Source: an uncultured Spirochaetota bacterium
GTDB lineage: Bacteria > Spirochaetota > Brevinematia > Brevinematales > JAOACQ01
Assembly: GCA_963783575.1 (NCBI GenBank)
Contig: CAWAOD010000016.1
Location: forward strand, 160,001 to 224,000
Direction of reading: 5' to 3'
DNA: 64,000 nt
Positions within the stretch are counted from its first letter, which is position 1, and every line of letters starts with the position of its first letter. A model generated the notes under the pieces. It did not search any database. It saw nothing but the letters and a program-made list of their open reading frames with translations, and was not told the origin of the DNA. Shown one piece after another: positions 1-15,000 of this stretch. Both the position numbers and the translations under genes were made by a program.

Positions 1-3000
1 GATCGCCGTTTGTGAGATTAACCGGCTGATATGTATATAAGTCGGTTCCCTGGGAGGAATAAACATAATTATATACATCAGTGCCGTCCAGTTTTACATT
101 CACCGAGCAGTTTGCAACATGATAGAAACTGATTGCTAAACTGCCAGCGGAAGAAACGATCATGTTTTCCACTTTACTGATTTTGAAAATCAAATCTTCA
201 TTGTTCTCTACTTTAAACGGTATGCGGACCTGGTTCGTATTGCTCACAGAGTCCACTGCATTTATTATCAGTTCAGAATCACCAGACAGCCCTAGCGTGT
301 CAAACTGGGCTAGGAGGCTGTTACTAACGGTCGAGTTTATACCATCTGCCGCCGGATAACTGGTTCCCCCGTTCGCAATTGTTATGCTGTAAGCCGATAA
401 ATGTTTGTCGCTGATGGTTCCGAGGATATCTATCATGTCGCTGACGATGGAATTTGATAATGGATAGCTTATTACTATGTCAGGATTAATATCGTCGATC
501 TCAAGCGGCGTCACTTTAACGTTCTTATTATATGCTTCATCACGGGTATAAACTTTCGAGAAATATGTGCCGTCCGGCATGATCCTGCCGGTGTTCACAT
601 TCCTGCCATCCCAGGCGTCGACATATTCGTCTCCCGCCGCTGTAGGCTCATCGCTTCTGTATGTATGAAGGATGATATCGCCAAGGCTCTTCGCGCAGAC
701 ATCGAACCAGCCGTTTTTACGGCCGTTTTCATTATTCGATACGGAGGTAGTTATGTTGGATACATAAAGGTTTGATGCTGAAAAGTGTTGTGAGCCGGTG
801 CCATAAGTATATAGATCGATGCTCCAGTTTGTCATCTGGATTAAAGTCCCATCGAATGAAGCCGGATAAGCATATTCCTTAAAAATATCCTCCTTATTTC
901 CGTCACCGCTAAAGCTGAAGGAGACACCATGGTTTTCAACATTTATATCGGAGGTTGTGAAATCCTCCCGGTAAGTGTTCGAAATGGTAAAGCCGGTTAA
1001 ATATCCCAGAGAATTTGTATTTGTCGCCGTAAAAACAATCGTGTTCTGTGCGCACGATAAATCAAAACCGGTGAAATAGCCGTTGACGGGTTTTAAATTT
1101 AAGCTGTTGAAAAGACTCGGATAATGATCTTCATCAAAGATTGTGGGCTTTAATGCAGACAAATTAGTGGAGATTTGAACACGGTTTGTTATATTTTTAA
1201 CTACATATGAATAATTATTTTCATTAACTACCTGGGCAAATACATACCATTGATTCGGTGGATTAGATGAATTGACCGTAGCCGTTGATGAACCGTTTAA
1301 AATATTATTATCGGGAAGCTGACTCCCTTGATAGAATTTTACAGTTACTTTGTTGCTATTATCTACGGTATATGATATTGTAATATTTCCATTGTTTATA
1401 TCTCCTGGCGGAATATTAATAATATCGGATAATTTACCCAGTAAGGCTGCATTGGTGGAGGTCAATCCATACATTACATGCGAATAGGAACTCAGATCCT
1501 TTAAATAACTTATTTCACTGTCACTTAATGCCCGATTAAAAATACGAACATCATCTATTGCCCCTTTAAACAAAAAATTAACTTCATCCTGCTTTGCGCC
1601 GATTCTCAATTTATATTGTGTATTATATTTTAATATACTTTGTCCATTTGATGTAGCAACTAATGAATTATTTACATATAATTTCAACCTTTGATAATCC
1701 GGAGCCGTCCCGTCATATGCCAGGACGACAAAATACCATTGATTAAAATCGGAAACATTCGGGTTAATAACAAGAGTTCCGCCTTGATAGAATCCGCCGC
1801 AAACTTGACCTTGGAATTTTTTATCATTATTATCATTATAAAATAGCTTCATAACATCATATTCCGTCCCACCATCATACTGTGAAATAATTGTATATTG
1901 CTTTGTACCGGAAACAGACCCGGTAGGCTTAACCCAGGCCGAATAGGTTAGGCCGGTTAGTCCTCCCATATTCAGCGGTGTCTGTACAAAAGAATTTATC
2001 CCGTTAAAATCGTACGCGCTGTTTAAATTTCCAAAACGGTCTGAAGTCAGAGCCGCATTATAAGCTGATCCATGATTGCCGTTACCGCTTGTATCATTCG
2101 CGTTTCCGTTAAAAAGATATTCACTGGTAAGACCTTTTACGTTAAAGGTTACCCATTCATTTGTAACCAGATAATTAGTTTGCTTTCCATAGGCCGTGAG
2201 AGTGAGATCGGCGGGTGTTACCCGGTAGTATATCCCGCTTCCCTTTGCCGTATAGCCGTAAGGGAAGACATCTCCCTCGATGTTATGCGTGACAAAGGCT
2301 GTTTCTGTTGTAACTGTCTGGTTGGTGACCGTTACATCATCGAAGAAACCGGTGCTCTCTCCCGGTGAGAAGATGGTGTTGCCGGCAGCGGCTGCCGGTA
2401 ATACGGGAGGGGTTGTGTCTACTGTGCATTCCATAGAAACCGGTTGCGATTTGTTTCCCGCGAGATCGAAACAGGTTTCCTGTATCCGGTATATGCCATC
2501 AGGAACTAATCGCCCGGTATCATCTTTTCCGTCCCAGGTATTTGTTATCGCTGCAAAGCCAACACAATTTGTTTCTATGGTCCGGACTATTGTTTCTCCG
2601 TCCTGTTTAAATATTTCATATCTTACAAAAAGGACCGGACTTATATCATCAGTCACTGTAGTAATGACCGGCAGTTCATCCCGCATCTGATCACCGTTAG
2701 GTGAGAAAGGATCATCATATTTTGCCAGAAGAATGCTTACAGGATTCACACTGTCAACAATGATCTTGTCTTTCCGACTGAAAACGTTTCCACTGGGGTC
2801 TTCAAGGGTTATCTGAAGTTCATAACTGCCGTCTGTGGCAAAATCGCCGTTATCCATCCTTCCATCCCATTCAAATGTTTGCTCGGTGTTGTTTGAAAGA
2901 ATTCCCTGGAAAATATTCCGGACGATCATTCCATACATACGAATTGAAATATCAGCGTTGATGCTGTCCGAATCCACAGCTTTCATCTTAAATACAGCTT

Positions 3001-6000
3001 TTTGTATACCGCCGGGGTTCTGCGGTGAAATATAGCTGTTCAATAGGTTGAATTTATAAAGAGCGGGTGAAATATTATCTACAAGAATCTTTTGAACCTG
3101 TGAAGACTGCATCAGGTTGCCTGCTTCATCCGAAGCCTCAACCTTTGCGTAGTATGTTCCGTCTGGAACATACTGGCCGTTGCTATCCATGCCGTACCAG
3201 TAAACTTCATTTGTAAGTTCCAATTGATAAGGTTTAAGAACGGCTACTTCACTGCCATACTTATCAATAATCCGGACCGAGCTGTCCGGGATAGATGTTA
3301 TATCGTCCGTAACCGCATACTGCATCTGGATGATTCCGACTTTATTCGCGGTATAACCGATCCGGTTAGTGGACAGTGTCAGGAAAACTACTCCCGGTTC
3401 GTTATTATCGACAATTGCCTCAATATTTCCGGCTTTAACGGCGCTCCGGTTGCCATTTTTGTCCGATACTGAAAGCAGGGCCTGATACTGTCCTCTATAT
3501 ACCGGCCGGTTATTAAGCGTCCCGTCCCATTCAATCCGGTTCATTCCTGCATAAACCGAGTAATTTGATAATATTAAACCCAGTATACCATTATTATTGG
3601 CCAGTAGAATATCAGCGAACCCGTCTTCCGATGTAAAGAAGCTGAAGCTGGTTCTGATTTTTCCGGCGATGAACTTTTGAGGGTTCGCAACGGGTTCCGT
3701 GATAGCCGGAGCGGTCCGGTCGATTATTATCCGGATATTCTTTGTAAGGCCTTTATTCCCGGCTTCGTCTTCATAATGAATACGCAGGGTATATTCCCCG
3801 TCCGGCAGGGGGTTGAAAGTGCTATCATATGACGGCAGGGCGAATTCATCATCTTTTTTATAATCACTAATGTTCATTCCGTTAACAAAACTGCCGTCGG
3901 CGGCATAAACCTCTATGTTTATCATTACAGGTTTCGTGGCTGTGAAATGGAGCTTCGTTTCACCTGTTTGATTCACGAGGCAGCTATCGCTATCCGTCTT
4001 CAGTTCCGGCGGAACCGTATCTATGATAAAACTCTGCACCAATCCCTCGTTTACATTTCCAATCCTGTCCACCGTTGAAAAGCGGTAGTCGTAGCCACCG
4101 TCCGGGAAGACTTTCCCGTTATTATCCATGCAGTCCCAGGTGATTGTATTTGAAACTTGCGTCTGGCTGTCTATACCGTCAACAGAATCGGCAGATAGAG
4201 TTTCCGAATAAAGGGTATTCCCTTTTCGGTCATATAATTCAAACCGGACATCGCTGTCCTTTGATAAACCGTAATCGGCGGTGAACAGGTCTTTATTCCC
4301 GTCTCCATTCGGAGAAATATATTTTGAGGCGTTAAAATAATCTATTTTCGCACCGGCGCTGTCCTGGAGCACGATAATCCGGTCAACCGGGGAATTTTCC
4401 GAATCATATTTCACCGCTACATAATTCGTTCCTTCATTCAAAATAATATTTGTGAAAATGAACCACCCGGCTGGATATATGTTTGTCGTAATTGTATTGT
4501 TATTGTCCGCGGTACAGTTTGTGAGCTGCTGCCCGGAATCTCCCAGGATGCCGCTTTTACCGATAGACCGGCCCTGGCTCTGGCTGTTTATTCTCTGATC
4601 CGTGCTAACAAAACAGACCGCATTCGTAGGTATACCGCTTCCTTTCGCGGCGATCCCGGCTATTGAGATATTGGTTTGTTTTGTATAGTATAAGGATTCC
4701 TTATTTTTATCATTTAGAAATGTTTGATCTGCCGGCAAAATATCCAGATCCCGGATTAAATCCCGGCGTATCTGAGGGGCCGGCAGGTTGAAATTGGTGC
4801 CGTTCAAAACAAAGAAGTACGAGAAGTGCGACGCGCTCGCCGTAAGCTGTATAATATTGAATTTCTCCGGCCTCTGTGTATTTGTCTGGATGCTTGAGTC
4901 TACACTGCTTGTGTCCCAGGACAGGTAAAGCACGGTTGTATTCAGCGCTTCTATCCCGTTTTCTGAGATTGTATAAATGGCGGGGCTGCTGTTTATCATT
5001 CCGAATTGATTGGCTTCCTCCCAGGTATATTTTACGGTAATTCTCGGCCAATCGGCAGGATTATCGCCGAATTGATATGGCGAAGGCTCCATCTTAAGAA
5101 TAGGTCCGATTGGAGAAATGTCGGGCAGTTTGGTTCCGATTTCACTCTCTTTCAATTCATCCAATCCCATTGGTGTTACATTTACAAGAGTGTTATCCGG
5201 TACACTTGCCGGTATAACAAGTTCCACCCGTTTGTATGGCGTTGAAGTTAAGAAATTGCCGGAGCCTGTATTCGGTTTCTTATATTCGCCGATGTCCACT
5301 ACCTGCTTTGCATATTTTACTCCCTGATTATTATAAGCCTTGAGGAGAATTGTATACCTTCCGCTTAAACCGCGGACGTTCCAGTACGCGAGCGTGGCGT
5401 TGCTGATCACCTTCACGACGGGGACATTGGTAATAGACTGGAAATTATTCCCGTCATAGTAAAGAAGCTCATAAGCCGAATTTACGCTTCCCCTGATCTC
5501 GACTACTTTCTGGCCCTCCCTTCCAGGTTTCAGCGCGGCTAAAAAGTATCCGTTCGCGAAATTGGTTCCCGACTCTATTGTTACGTTCGAAACGCACAGG
5601 TCTTCATTTTTCTCGCCGTTAAGATAGTAGAACTCAATGTTATCGGCTTTGACAGAGTCTTTATCCACGATGAGCCAGGGATTGTTAATAACAATTCCGT
5701 TCGTTACCCAGAAGAGACCGTCATTACCTGTAGAATCCTGTTTCGGATAAGAATCTTTAAAGTTCAGCCTGATTGCTTTTCCGTCGAATTCCTTTCCGCA
5801 GATAACATTGGTCCCGCTGACAAGCGTATGGCCCGTCGGAGAGAGTCTTTCGTCACTGCTCATATACCAGAGGCCTGAGAAGGTGCGTCCGGTACAATTG
5901 ATTGAACCGCCTGCGTCAACGCTGCTTGTAAACATAAGGGAATTGGCTTTGTTATAATCCTGGTTGGCCGCGTATTCGGGATCGAGGGGCTCTACTTTGT

Positions 6001-9000
6001 CAACAGCTATCCCTAAGTTATTCAGGTTAATGTTGCGTATATTGCCCTCAGGTCCGGATGTGTTTAAATTAAAATTAGCGAATAAACCTGTTTTATTAAA
6101 AGAATAATCGCCTTTTGAATTATCCAGCTCAATCACATCCGAAGCTGTTATGTAGGAGGCTCCGTATCCCCCGTAATTGATTTGAGAATTATTTGGATCA
6201 AGGAATGCATTATGCAGGGATGCAAAATATTTATCGTAACATCCGTCACCGTTGGTATTAAAATTATGGCTCTGGTTCCAATTCGCCACCTGATTAAGCG
6301 TAGCTGGAAAATCAATAACAATGTCGTTTTTATCATCGATATCTGTATGGGCAATATATGTGTGGGTATTAGGAATTTGAGTGAAATACACATTGTAAGC
6401 TTTATTTGCTTCCAGATTATCGCCTTCAAACCTGAAATTCACATGGTTTCTGGGTACAAACCCATTAAAATTTGCATTTTCATCATATTCATAGCAAAGG
6501 GCTTTCCCTTTGCTAACATTCGCATCGAAATCATTCGCCATCGATACATAATGGCTGATATAACCGTTTTTGCCTTGTATTCTCCAATTGTAATAATGCC
6601 TTGCACCGTCCTCTTCGATAACCGAACCCGAAATATCAAAATGAGTATAACTATCGTAAATTGGCCCTACATTATTTGTTTCAGTCTCGTCCGAATCTTT
6701 TAAAATTTTGTTATTTTGATCTTCTTGGTTCCCATAATAATATTTATTTTCAGAGGCCCATTGGCTGAAACGGTTGAGAACATTATTCATCATTGTATTC
6801 CCTCTTCGATTTGGATCGAATGTAAAATCGAAGTTACCGACAAGATGGGAATATTTATATCCTCCGACATCCCCCCATTCTCCCACATCAGTATTTTCCA
6901 CCCTAAAATCTTCACCCGAAGCAGTTTTATGAACATTTTTCCCATTTACTGTTATATCATCCAGGCCGTACATTCCGCTCGGCCAGCATCCGACGGACCC
7001 GATCCGGTGATCGAACCAATCGCCGTTATCCCCGTTATCGATTTTATTATCGGCGCTGAAATGGATATGCTCCCCCGGGCCCATTACCTTTTCTATGCCT
7101 GCGCTGCCGGTGTCTTTTCTGTCATTCGCCGTCGATACGCTTCCCCAAAAAGATTTCTTGACTTCTCTCCTTGTAAAATCATATTTTCCTTCAACCTTCA
7201 CATAAGCCGAGTCAAACCAGCGATAGGCTTCCGTCACGAAAGGCACGAAGGGATAACCTACCACGGCCTGGCTTCCTCTTGCATTTAACCTGTATGTGAC
7301 TTTTAACGGTGGAAGGTATGCGCCCGTTACATTCTTTAAAACCCATTTAAAACGGGCGTCTCCATTTACGGCTACTACATTCTCATTGTTTGTGCTCTGC
7401 CCTTCAACGTTTAAAAGGGGGGAAAGCCCTCCGGATATTTCTTCGGGATTCAATGTAAATGGTATAAAGTTTGTTGCGGCGATATCGGGATGATCCGCGT
7501 CCCACGCCACGATCCTGAAATTGTAATTTCCTTTATCGAGAAATTCGGGAGAGCCGATTGAGTCTTTAACGCCATTATAGTTTACCTGGTTATAATAATT
7601 GCCGTTTACACTCGTGTTTTTCACAATTTCGCAAACATCCCTATTATTTGTATCCATTACAGTTATATCAACAAAGGCGCTCTTTGTTACCCTGAAAGAC
7701 AGTGTTGTACAGTTTATTCCTGTACTAAAAGGATCAAAATTTGTGGATGAAAGACCGATATTTGTTATATCTATTCTGCTGTATACTTCCAAATTGTCAA
7801 TGTTTTTTTTATCGAAACCCTTTCCATCCCTTCCTTCGGCGGTTAGAACCAGCCGGTAATTTCCGTCATTTACCAGTGATCCGTAAATATCCTTGCCGTC
7901 CCAGGTAAACGAAGGCGCCGGCCTGGCATTTTCAAGCCGGAATCCTATATTGTTTGAAAGGCTTCCCACAGAGGCCGAATAAGGATTATCATCCCCAAAG
8001 ATGGATTCAAGAACAGGGTGCTTACCGTTATCATAATAAATAAAATTCGGGTCCGCCTGGTCATTTACAAGCAGTTCGAACCAGACTTCATCCGCGTCGG
8101 TGTTAAAAATAATTTCCCTCTGTCCCTTATGGGTATTGGTTATTACCGTACCTTTATTGGTAACGATATTATACTGCGAAGTTGCCGCTTCTTTTACCGA
8201 GTCGTCCGAGGCAACCGTGTAGGAAAAACTGAATTCATTTTCAGTACGATATGTGATCCCATGGTCCCTGGTCGAAATGGCGTTGTCTTTAAGTCCGCCG
8301 ATGCCTTCCTCAGCCCTAACTCTTCCGCCAAACCGCATATCCGAAGAACCGGGGTTTGTCATAACGATATGCCAGCCCGCTTCGTCCTGGTAGACGTTAA
8401 AGCCCTCCGTCACATCCGGAGTCGGCTGAATATATGGCTTCCCGTTCAGATTATATTTCTTGCTATTGCAGACATTATTTGAATTTTGATCGTAAACACC
8501 GAAATTTACATCAGCGCTGGATACATTCTGCAGGGTTAATTTGTAATCTAATTTTACGCTGTTCTTTCCGTCCGCTATAAAATTCATTTTATCTACGCCC
8601 ACTTCCTGAAGAATGACAGTCGAAACCGAATCATCAGTGGGAATTTCTATTGCGTTGGTAATTTTAATAAAACTTAAGTCCGCCCACTGGGCTCCTTTCA
8701 ATTCCTGGAGAGAAGGCGCGGATGTGCTCGCAAGGAGTACCGACATGGGTTCTTCCCTTGCGACAAGAAGCAGGGTATAATCTCCATTCGTAAGCTTTGC
8801 TGTTTCAAGATACCCGAGCAGGGAATTCTCTTCCACGGAACGGAAGGATATGTTTGCCGTTTCCCCGGCTTTACGGTTGAGTTCCGGAACCCAGAGTGCC
8901 CCGTCTCCGTCGCTCCAGCCTTCACCGGTAAGAACGGAATGGTCCAATCCATCGGGCATGGTTTGATTACCGGGCTTGATATAGACTGCGTAGTTCATAA

Positions 9001-12000
9001 AATTCTGTTTATTGTCCCAGACCGGATCTTTCGCGATACCGGTTATGCCCACATTTCCCGATATGTTTGTAGAAATGACATTTCCGGAATCGTCATATCC
9101 TTTAGGCGATGTGATCAGTGGTTTGATTCCGCCTTTAACCAGTTCGGCATAACGGGTAGCCCTGTTACCATGAATATCATCAGCTTCGATGATGAAGTCA
9201 TAAGTCCCGCATGGAAGCTCAACGCCGTTCGTTTTTCCATCCCAATTGAAGCTGTTCTCGCTTCCGTCGGCCTGGTTCATGCAGTTGCTGAATACAGCTA
9301 CCGCTTCGTTCGCGTACTTATCCAGAATGGTGATCTTTACATCGACTTTCCCCCGGTTGAGAGGGTAATCGTCATCTTCGGACAATTTATAATAAAGATT
9401 GGCAGTCCCATTGCTGCTCTGCATAATGAAAGGCATTGTATAAGCCTGATATATCACGGGGGCTTTCCGGTCTACTATTAGTGATGTTTCGCGCACCGGT
9501 CCAACATTCCCGGCCAGGTCGGCGGCCGCCATCATTACACGGTACTCGCCGTCTTCTATTCTCTGGAACGGGTCGTAGAAAGACCAGAGATTGGTCTGGG
9601 GAATTCCGAACTTTTCCTTCTCGATTAATGAACCGCTGTAATACCTTCTCCCGTCGTTTTTGTTCTCCAAAGTCATCCGGAAATAGCCTTCGTTGTTTGT
9701 AATCGTGCTGCCGGAATCGTTTAAGGTGAAGGAAACATGGTATAAATCTCCTTTTTCAGCCGTTATGGTTCCATCCAATTCAGATTGTTTAACTTCAAGT
9801 GCGGGAGGAACCGTATCGACAATGAAGTTTTTACTGTAAACGGAGCTGTTGCCGGCCTGGTCTACGGATGTTATGGTCACAGTGTGTACACCCTCGCCGG
9901 GGTTATAATTATTTGAGATATAAACATCAGGGCCTATAGAACAAAGGGTTTTGGCACGGACAACGCTTCCGTCTATTTTCATTTCCATACTGCCGAAGCA
10001 TGGGTATAGGTGTGTCTTTCAGTTTGTAAGCGACCATCAATGTTTGATTATGGTTTACGATGCCGATATTTTCAATATCGGCGATCGGCGGGGTGGTATC
10101 GTTATAAAATCCGGTGACCGTGGTCGATTGATTGCCCATCATATCAATAGTCTCAATCATTACTGCATATTCCCCTTCCGGTATTATATTTTCCTTTTTC
10201 TGAAGAGGGAAGGAAACATTCCAGGATGTCGCATCGTTCTGGCTGATCGTGTAATCCGTCACCGGAGTCCAGTCATCATAGTAACCGCTGACCGTTTCCT
10301 GCATCCATGGGATAGAAAGCCGCTTGAGGTAGATCTTTAAATTATCCCGTTTCAATTCGGCTCCCATATCGGAATTGTAAACACCGACCGCAATTTCAGG
10401 ATTCTGTGTTCTATTGAGATTGACTACGTCAAATATCTTCGGATAAATAGGGTAAGCTTGCATCGGCATCATATCGAGAAAGATTTCAAAAGCATAACTC
10501 CCAATTTCCCCAGCGATTACTTCATTGCCCGACCTGTTTTTATATGCCAGGCAAGTGGTAAAGGCGATGACATTCCTTCCTTCCAGAAGATGCAAGCCCG
10601 ACAGTTTAAATTCACCCTTCGCGCTCAATGGGACTTCTTTATAATCGCTGTAATTGATTGAATACATAAGTTTTCCAAGCTGCGGAATGTTTGCCCGGAC
10701 AATCCCTTCTATTGAGTTGACGAACTCATTCAGCATGACATTTTCAACCGATGTAACCTGGCCGCTCCTTGAATTGAGGAGGGTTTGTATTCCCAATTTT
10801 CCTTCAGTAAACTTATACTGGCTAACCGGATTCCCATTTATCTTGAGGAGTAAAACCGGCGGGGCTTCCCCGCCCAATTTACTTAGGGTCAGGTTTTCAT
10901 TCGTTACGATTTTGTCGAAACTTCCCGTGATACCCCCGCCGCCACTCTGTCCGCCCTGCAGGCCGAATATTTTAGTCATGATCAGTTCGCCGCCTTCACT
11001 CTTCAGATCGGTGTTTTTAAGATAATCCGTCGCGAGTAAAGCGGCTGTTCCCATAATCGCGGCACCGGCAAAGCCGGGTGGGATTGGCACCGATACCGAT
11101 ATGTTTGGTACCGGAAGGATGCAATCCACTAATGTGGAAACCTTGTCCTGGATGATTTGTTTGGTCGCCGCGTTAAGATAGCTGACTCCCCTGTCGTATA
11201 GTCCCTGCACAAAAAGAATCGGGCGTTGTTTGATGTTTTCCAGCATTGAAACAAGACTGCTGCCTGAATAGTTCAGGTTGTTGTAAAGCTTTTCCATCCC
11301 CGAAACCTCGTCCAGAATTGAAGAAACATCCCCCTGCAGAAACGCCAGGTAGGAATCTATAAAATAGGAGAAAGCGTCGAGATGGCCACTGTTAGACAAT
11401 TCGGTCTCATTCGTTAGATCACTGAAAAACCCCCTGATTTCATTATTATCAAAAATGACTGAAATACAGGAAGAGGTATTCTTTATACCGTCCACGGTGC
11501 TGTCAACCTGATCGGCAATTTGTCCGGCCTGATCCATGTAACTTTGAAGTTCATTATAAAGGTTGTTAACGCCGTATTCATTTCCCAGCTGGTAAAAAGC
11601 GGTTTGAATTATTTCACTATAAGCATCTTGCACCATTTGTCCTGCCATACTTGAGAAATTAGGGAATATTTGCCGTATCCAATCCGGTGTATTTCCGCCG
11701 GATAGGGAATTCTCCACAGCACTTTTTATTTTACTACCGTTCAGCCATTCCCTGCCGTCGGATATAAGAGACCTGACGGTAGGACTAATTGATTTGATCT
11801 GACTGCCGATCTCAGAAATCTTATCCCCCATAACCTGAAACTGTCCACCGTAAACATCCGCAAAGGTACTATATCCTCCGGATAGTCCCGGCGTTGTCAG
11901 GATAAGATCCTTCAAACGCTTATATGCCTGGCTCCTCACTTGCTGAGGCGTACTTGAAGTGAACCGGCGGATAACCATCAAGGCATTCTTGACCTCATTC

Positions 12001-15000
12001 AGTTTGGACTCGATTACGGTAATGCCGCTTCCTGTTTTTTTAGTAACGATAGTCCCAATATCATCATCAGCAATTTCAAAGCAGCTGTCCGAAACCGTTT
12101 TAAGCTGATTTTCTATCTTCAGCCAGAGAGGAGTATAAACCATATTGTTCAACGCCTCTTCCGCGTATTCGGAAGCTATTTTTCCAAGCTCTTCATCCAG
12201 GTTGTTAAACACTTTACTGTCTGTTGAGAAGAGTTTGGTACCCGTATAAAGGCCGGCAAAGCCGCCGGCCCCTGCAAATACAACTACGCCGGCCTGGAAC
12301 AAAAACGGCATGTCGGGCCAGAATGCCGAGCTCGTACTTGAAACCTCTACCCCAATGTCTTCCGGGTTAAAGTTCCGGATGGAATTCATTAAAGAACTGT
12401 TGGCGTCCACGCTTAAGGCCGAGTCAGCCCTGCCCAGGAGGATAGAGATATAATTGAACGGATTTATAATATCGTCGTTTCGTACGATTTTTTTTACCGT
12501 ATCTTCTATATCCATTCCTGTAAGGGTTCTTATAATATCATTCGGTTTGATGTTGGTATCGATGCCTATCGGATTAAGATCGATATTGACGGATGAGAGA
12601 AGCCCCAATACCGGTGCGATCGTCAGGTATGCCGCGTAGGATTGCGCAGCCATACTGATAGAGTTGTAACCGTTTGCGGGCACTCCGATCTCGATAATCT
12701 TCGAAATCCTGGGAGCGGCCATCCGCTGCCCTGCGGGAAGGTCCTTTTCGTCCAGAAGCATTTTACGAACCCAGATACCGGCCTTACCCCATGTCGACAA
12801 AACAATCTTCCCTCCGCCAGCGGAATTATAGTAATCGATCACCGCCTTCCGGATCTTATCCACAGCTGCCTTTCCGCTATCACGCTCGTCTTCCGGTGTT
12901 ATGGAAATGCTTTTTGCGTTCACACCCTTTCCTACAAGTACATATTTCACCGGATCAATCTCAACCCCGCCTGCCGAAATACCCGGCGCAACAATCAGGC
13001 ACTTGTCTGAAACACCCAATACGTCGTAAAGAGCCTTCTTTGCGGTTTCCTCGACGATTTTATCGACATTAAAATCAATGCCGTCAACCCAGCTGTTGCC
13101 TGCGTCGTCTGCTGCCTCGACAGTAAAGACGCCTGAAAGTCCCTGAGCGAGTTTGCCTTTTCCCTCCAGGAACTCTTTAAGGTCCCATAGAATGGTGAAT
13201 TTACCGGTATTGGTATCAAAACTCACCGGTATCCCGGATATGGTTTCAACCGTTACATCGCCGAAATTTCCGGTCAAAATCCTGTCCGCATTATGTACGA
13301 CAAATTCCCATTTATTAAGCTCCTCGCCAGTGGACTTGTCCTTCGACGTTACGGAAACATGAATATTCCGGGAAAGATTATCGGAAAGGGTTAACACCAG
13401 CGCGTTTCCCAGCCCCTGCATAATGTCGCTGAAAAGATCGCCTAGACTGAATGTAAATGTGGGCGGGGTGTAGTCAATGGCAAAATCGGGGGATAGAAAA
13501 CAGCCGTCCTGGTTAAGATCGTCTTCCGGGGGATTTACATTATCCGCTAATAAAACCATATCGTTTTTAAACTTTGTTATTCCCCCCGAACTGGCAAGAT
13601 AGGAAAGCCTGTGGAAGGTTACACTATCCGCCATTAATAAAGCCAGTTTATATCTTCCGTTTGGAATTATGTTGTTATTCGCCTGAAGATTTATCGAACC
13701 GCTGTTCCAGCCATATTCTGCTGTATTATTCCTAATTTCTCCTTTAGTTAAAGGATTTCCCCATTTTATTCCATTGCCTGAGCTTACAATTTCTATTCCT
13801 CCGATATTACGTACATTGCCAAGAAAACTTTGAAACGCGTCTTTTCTCCCTTTATCATCTATACTGGATGCATAATCGCTTAAATAAGCATCTCTTTTTA
13901 AATAAAAATCATTAACTTTGTTATTGTCCGGGTTATCCGGTATTAAAAAAGCGAAGGTATTTCCTTTGTCCAATGTTTTGTCGTCATCCGCTTTAAGTTT
14001 GATTGTAATATTTTCCTTACCGATATCACTAAACAGCCTGGCTATGCCGTTGCAGGCGTTATTTATTTTCCTGAAATCCCATTCCCCAAGATTCCCTCTT
14101 TTATCGCTGACTGTATTAAAATAAGTCAAGACAGGCATCTCGTTGTCAAAACATAAGGGCAGGTACATTGGAGTTGAATGCTCGTAGTTAATGAATGCAA
14201 AGCTGCTTTGTGACGCCGAACCTGTATCGATTCCCACTTCAGTCTGAGGATCTGAGTCTACTTCGTTATTAGCCATGTCATGACCGCTCAGAAATATACC
14301 GGTTTTGTTTAAAAGAATATCTGCGCTCATCTCTATATTTTTCGCATCCATCCACATCATGTTTTCCGATTTAATGCTGTTATAAACATCAGCCGGCATG
14401 ATATTCCCAAGAATCAACCCGGTCTGGCTGATATCCGGGAAAGAACTTGGCGCCAGATTGACCAGGAAATTATCCGAGGGATTGACATTCCATCCGGTTA
14501 ATTTTGCCAGCCATTCTTCTGCCTCCGTCAGATTCAGGTTTAAATCCGATTTGCAGAATGTCAGGCTTCCATCCTTCATCCCGGCCGGGGACCGGCTTTT
14601 AAAACCGGCGTATAGCTGCAATGTAATATTACCGTCGCCATCCGCGAGAGACTTTATTTTCTTTCCGTCGGCCACGTTCACAAAAGACGAAATCCATTTT
14701 CCGCCGTTGTTTTTATAGAAATAATAATATGCAAGAATTTCTCCGCTTCCCGACGCAATGATCACCGCCCGGACCGATGCCGGGTAATAGCCCGTGTAGC
14801 GGTAGAAGATGAAAGTTGCATTATCAGAAAAATTCATTTCCTGGCGGAAACCATCCTGCTTACTTAGGTAAGTATGTGTGCCTGAAACCCAGCTTGTATT
14901 GGTCGCGGCAGCATAGAGACTAATGCTGGATAACCCGCTATTATTTCCGACCGGTTGCCAGCCGGTCTGGCTGTTAAACGAAAAAGGCCCATACTCAAAA

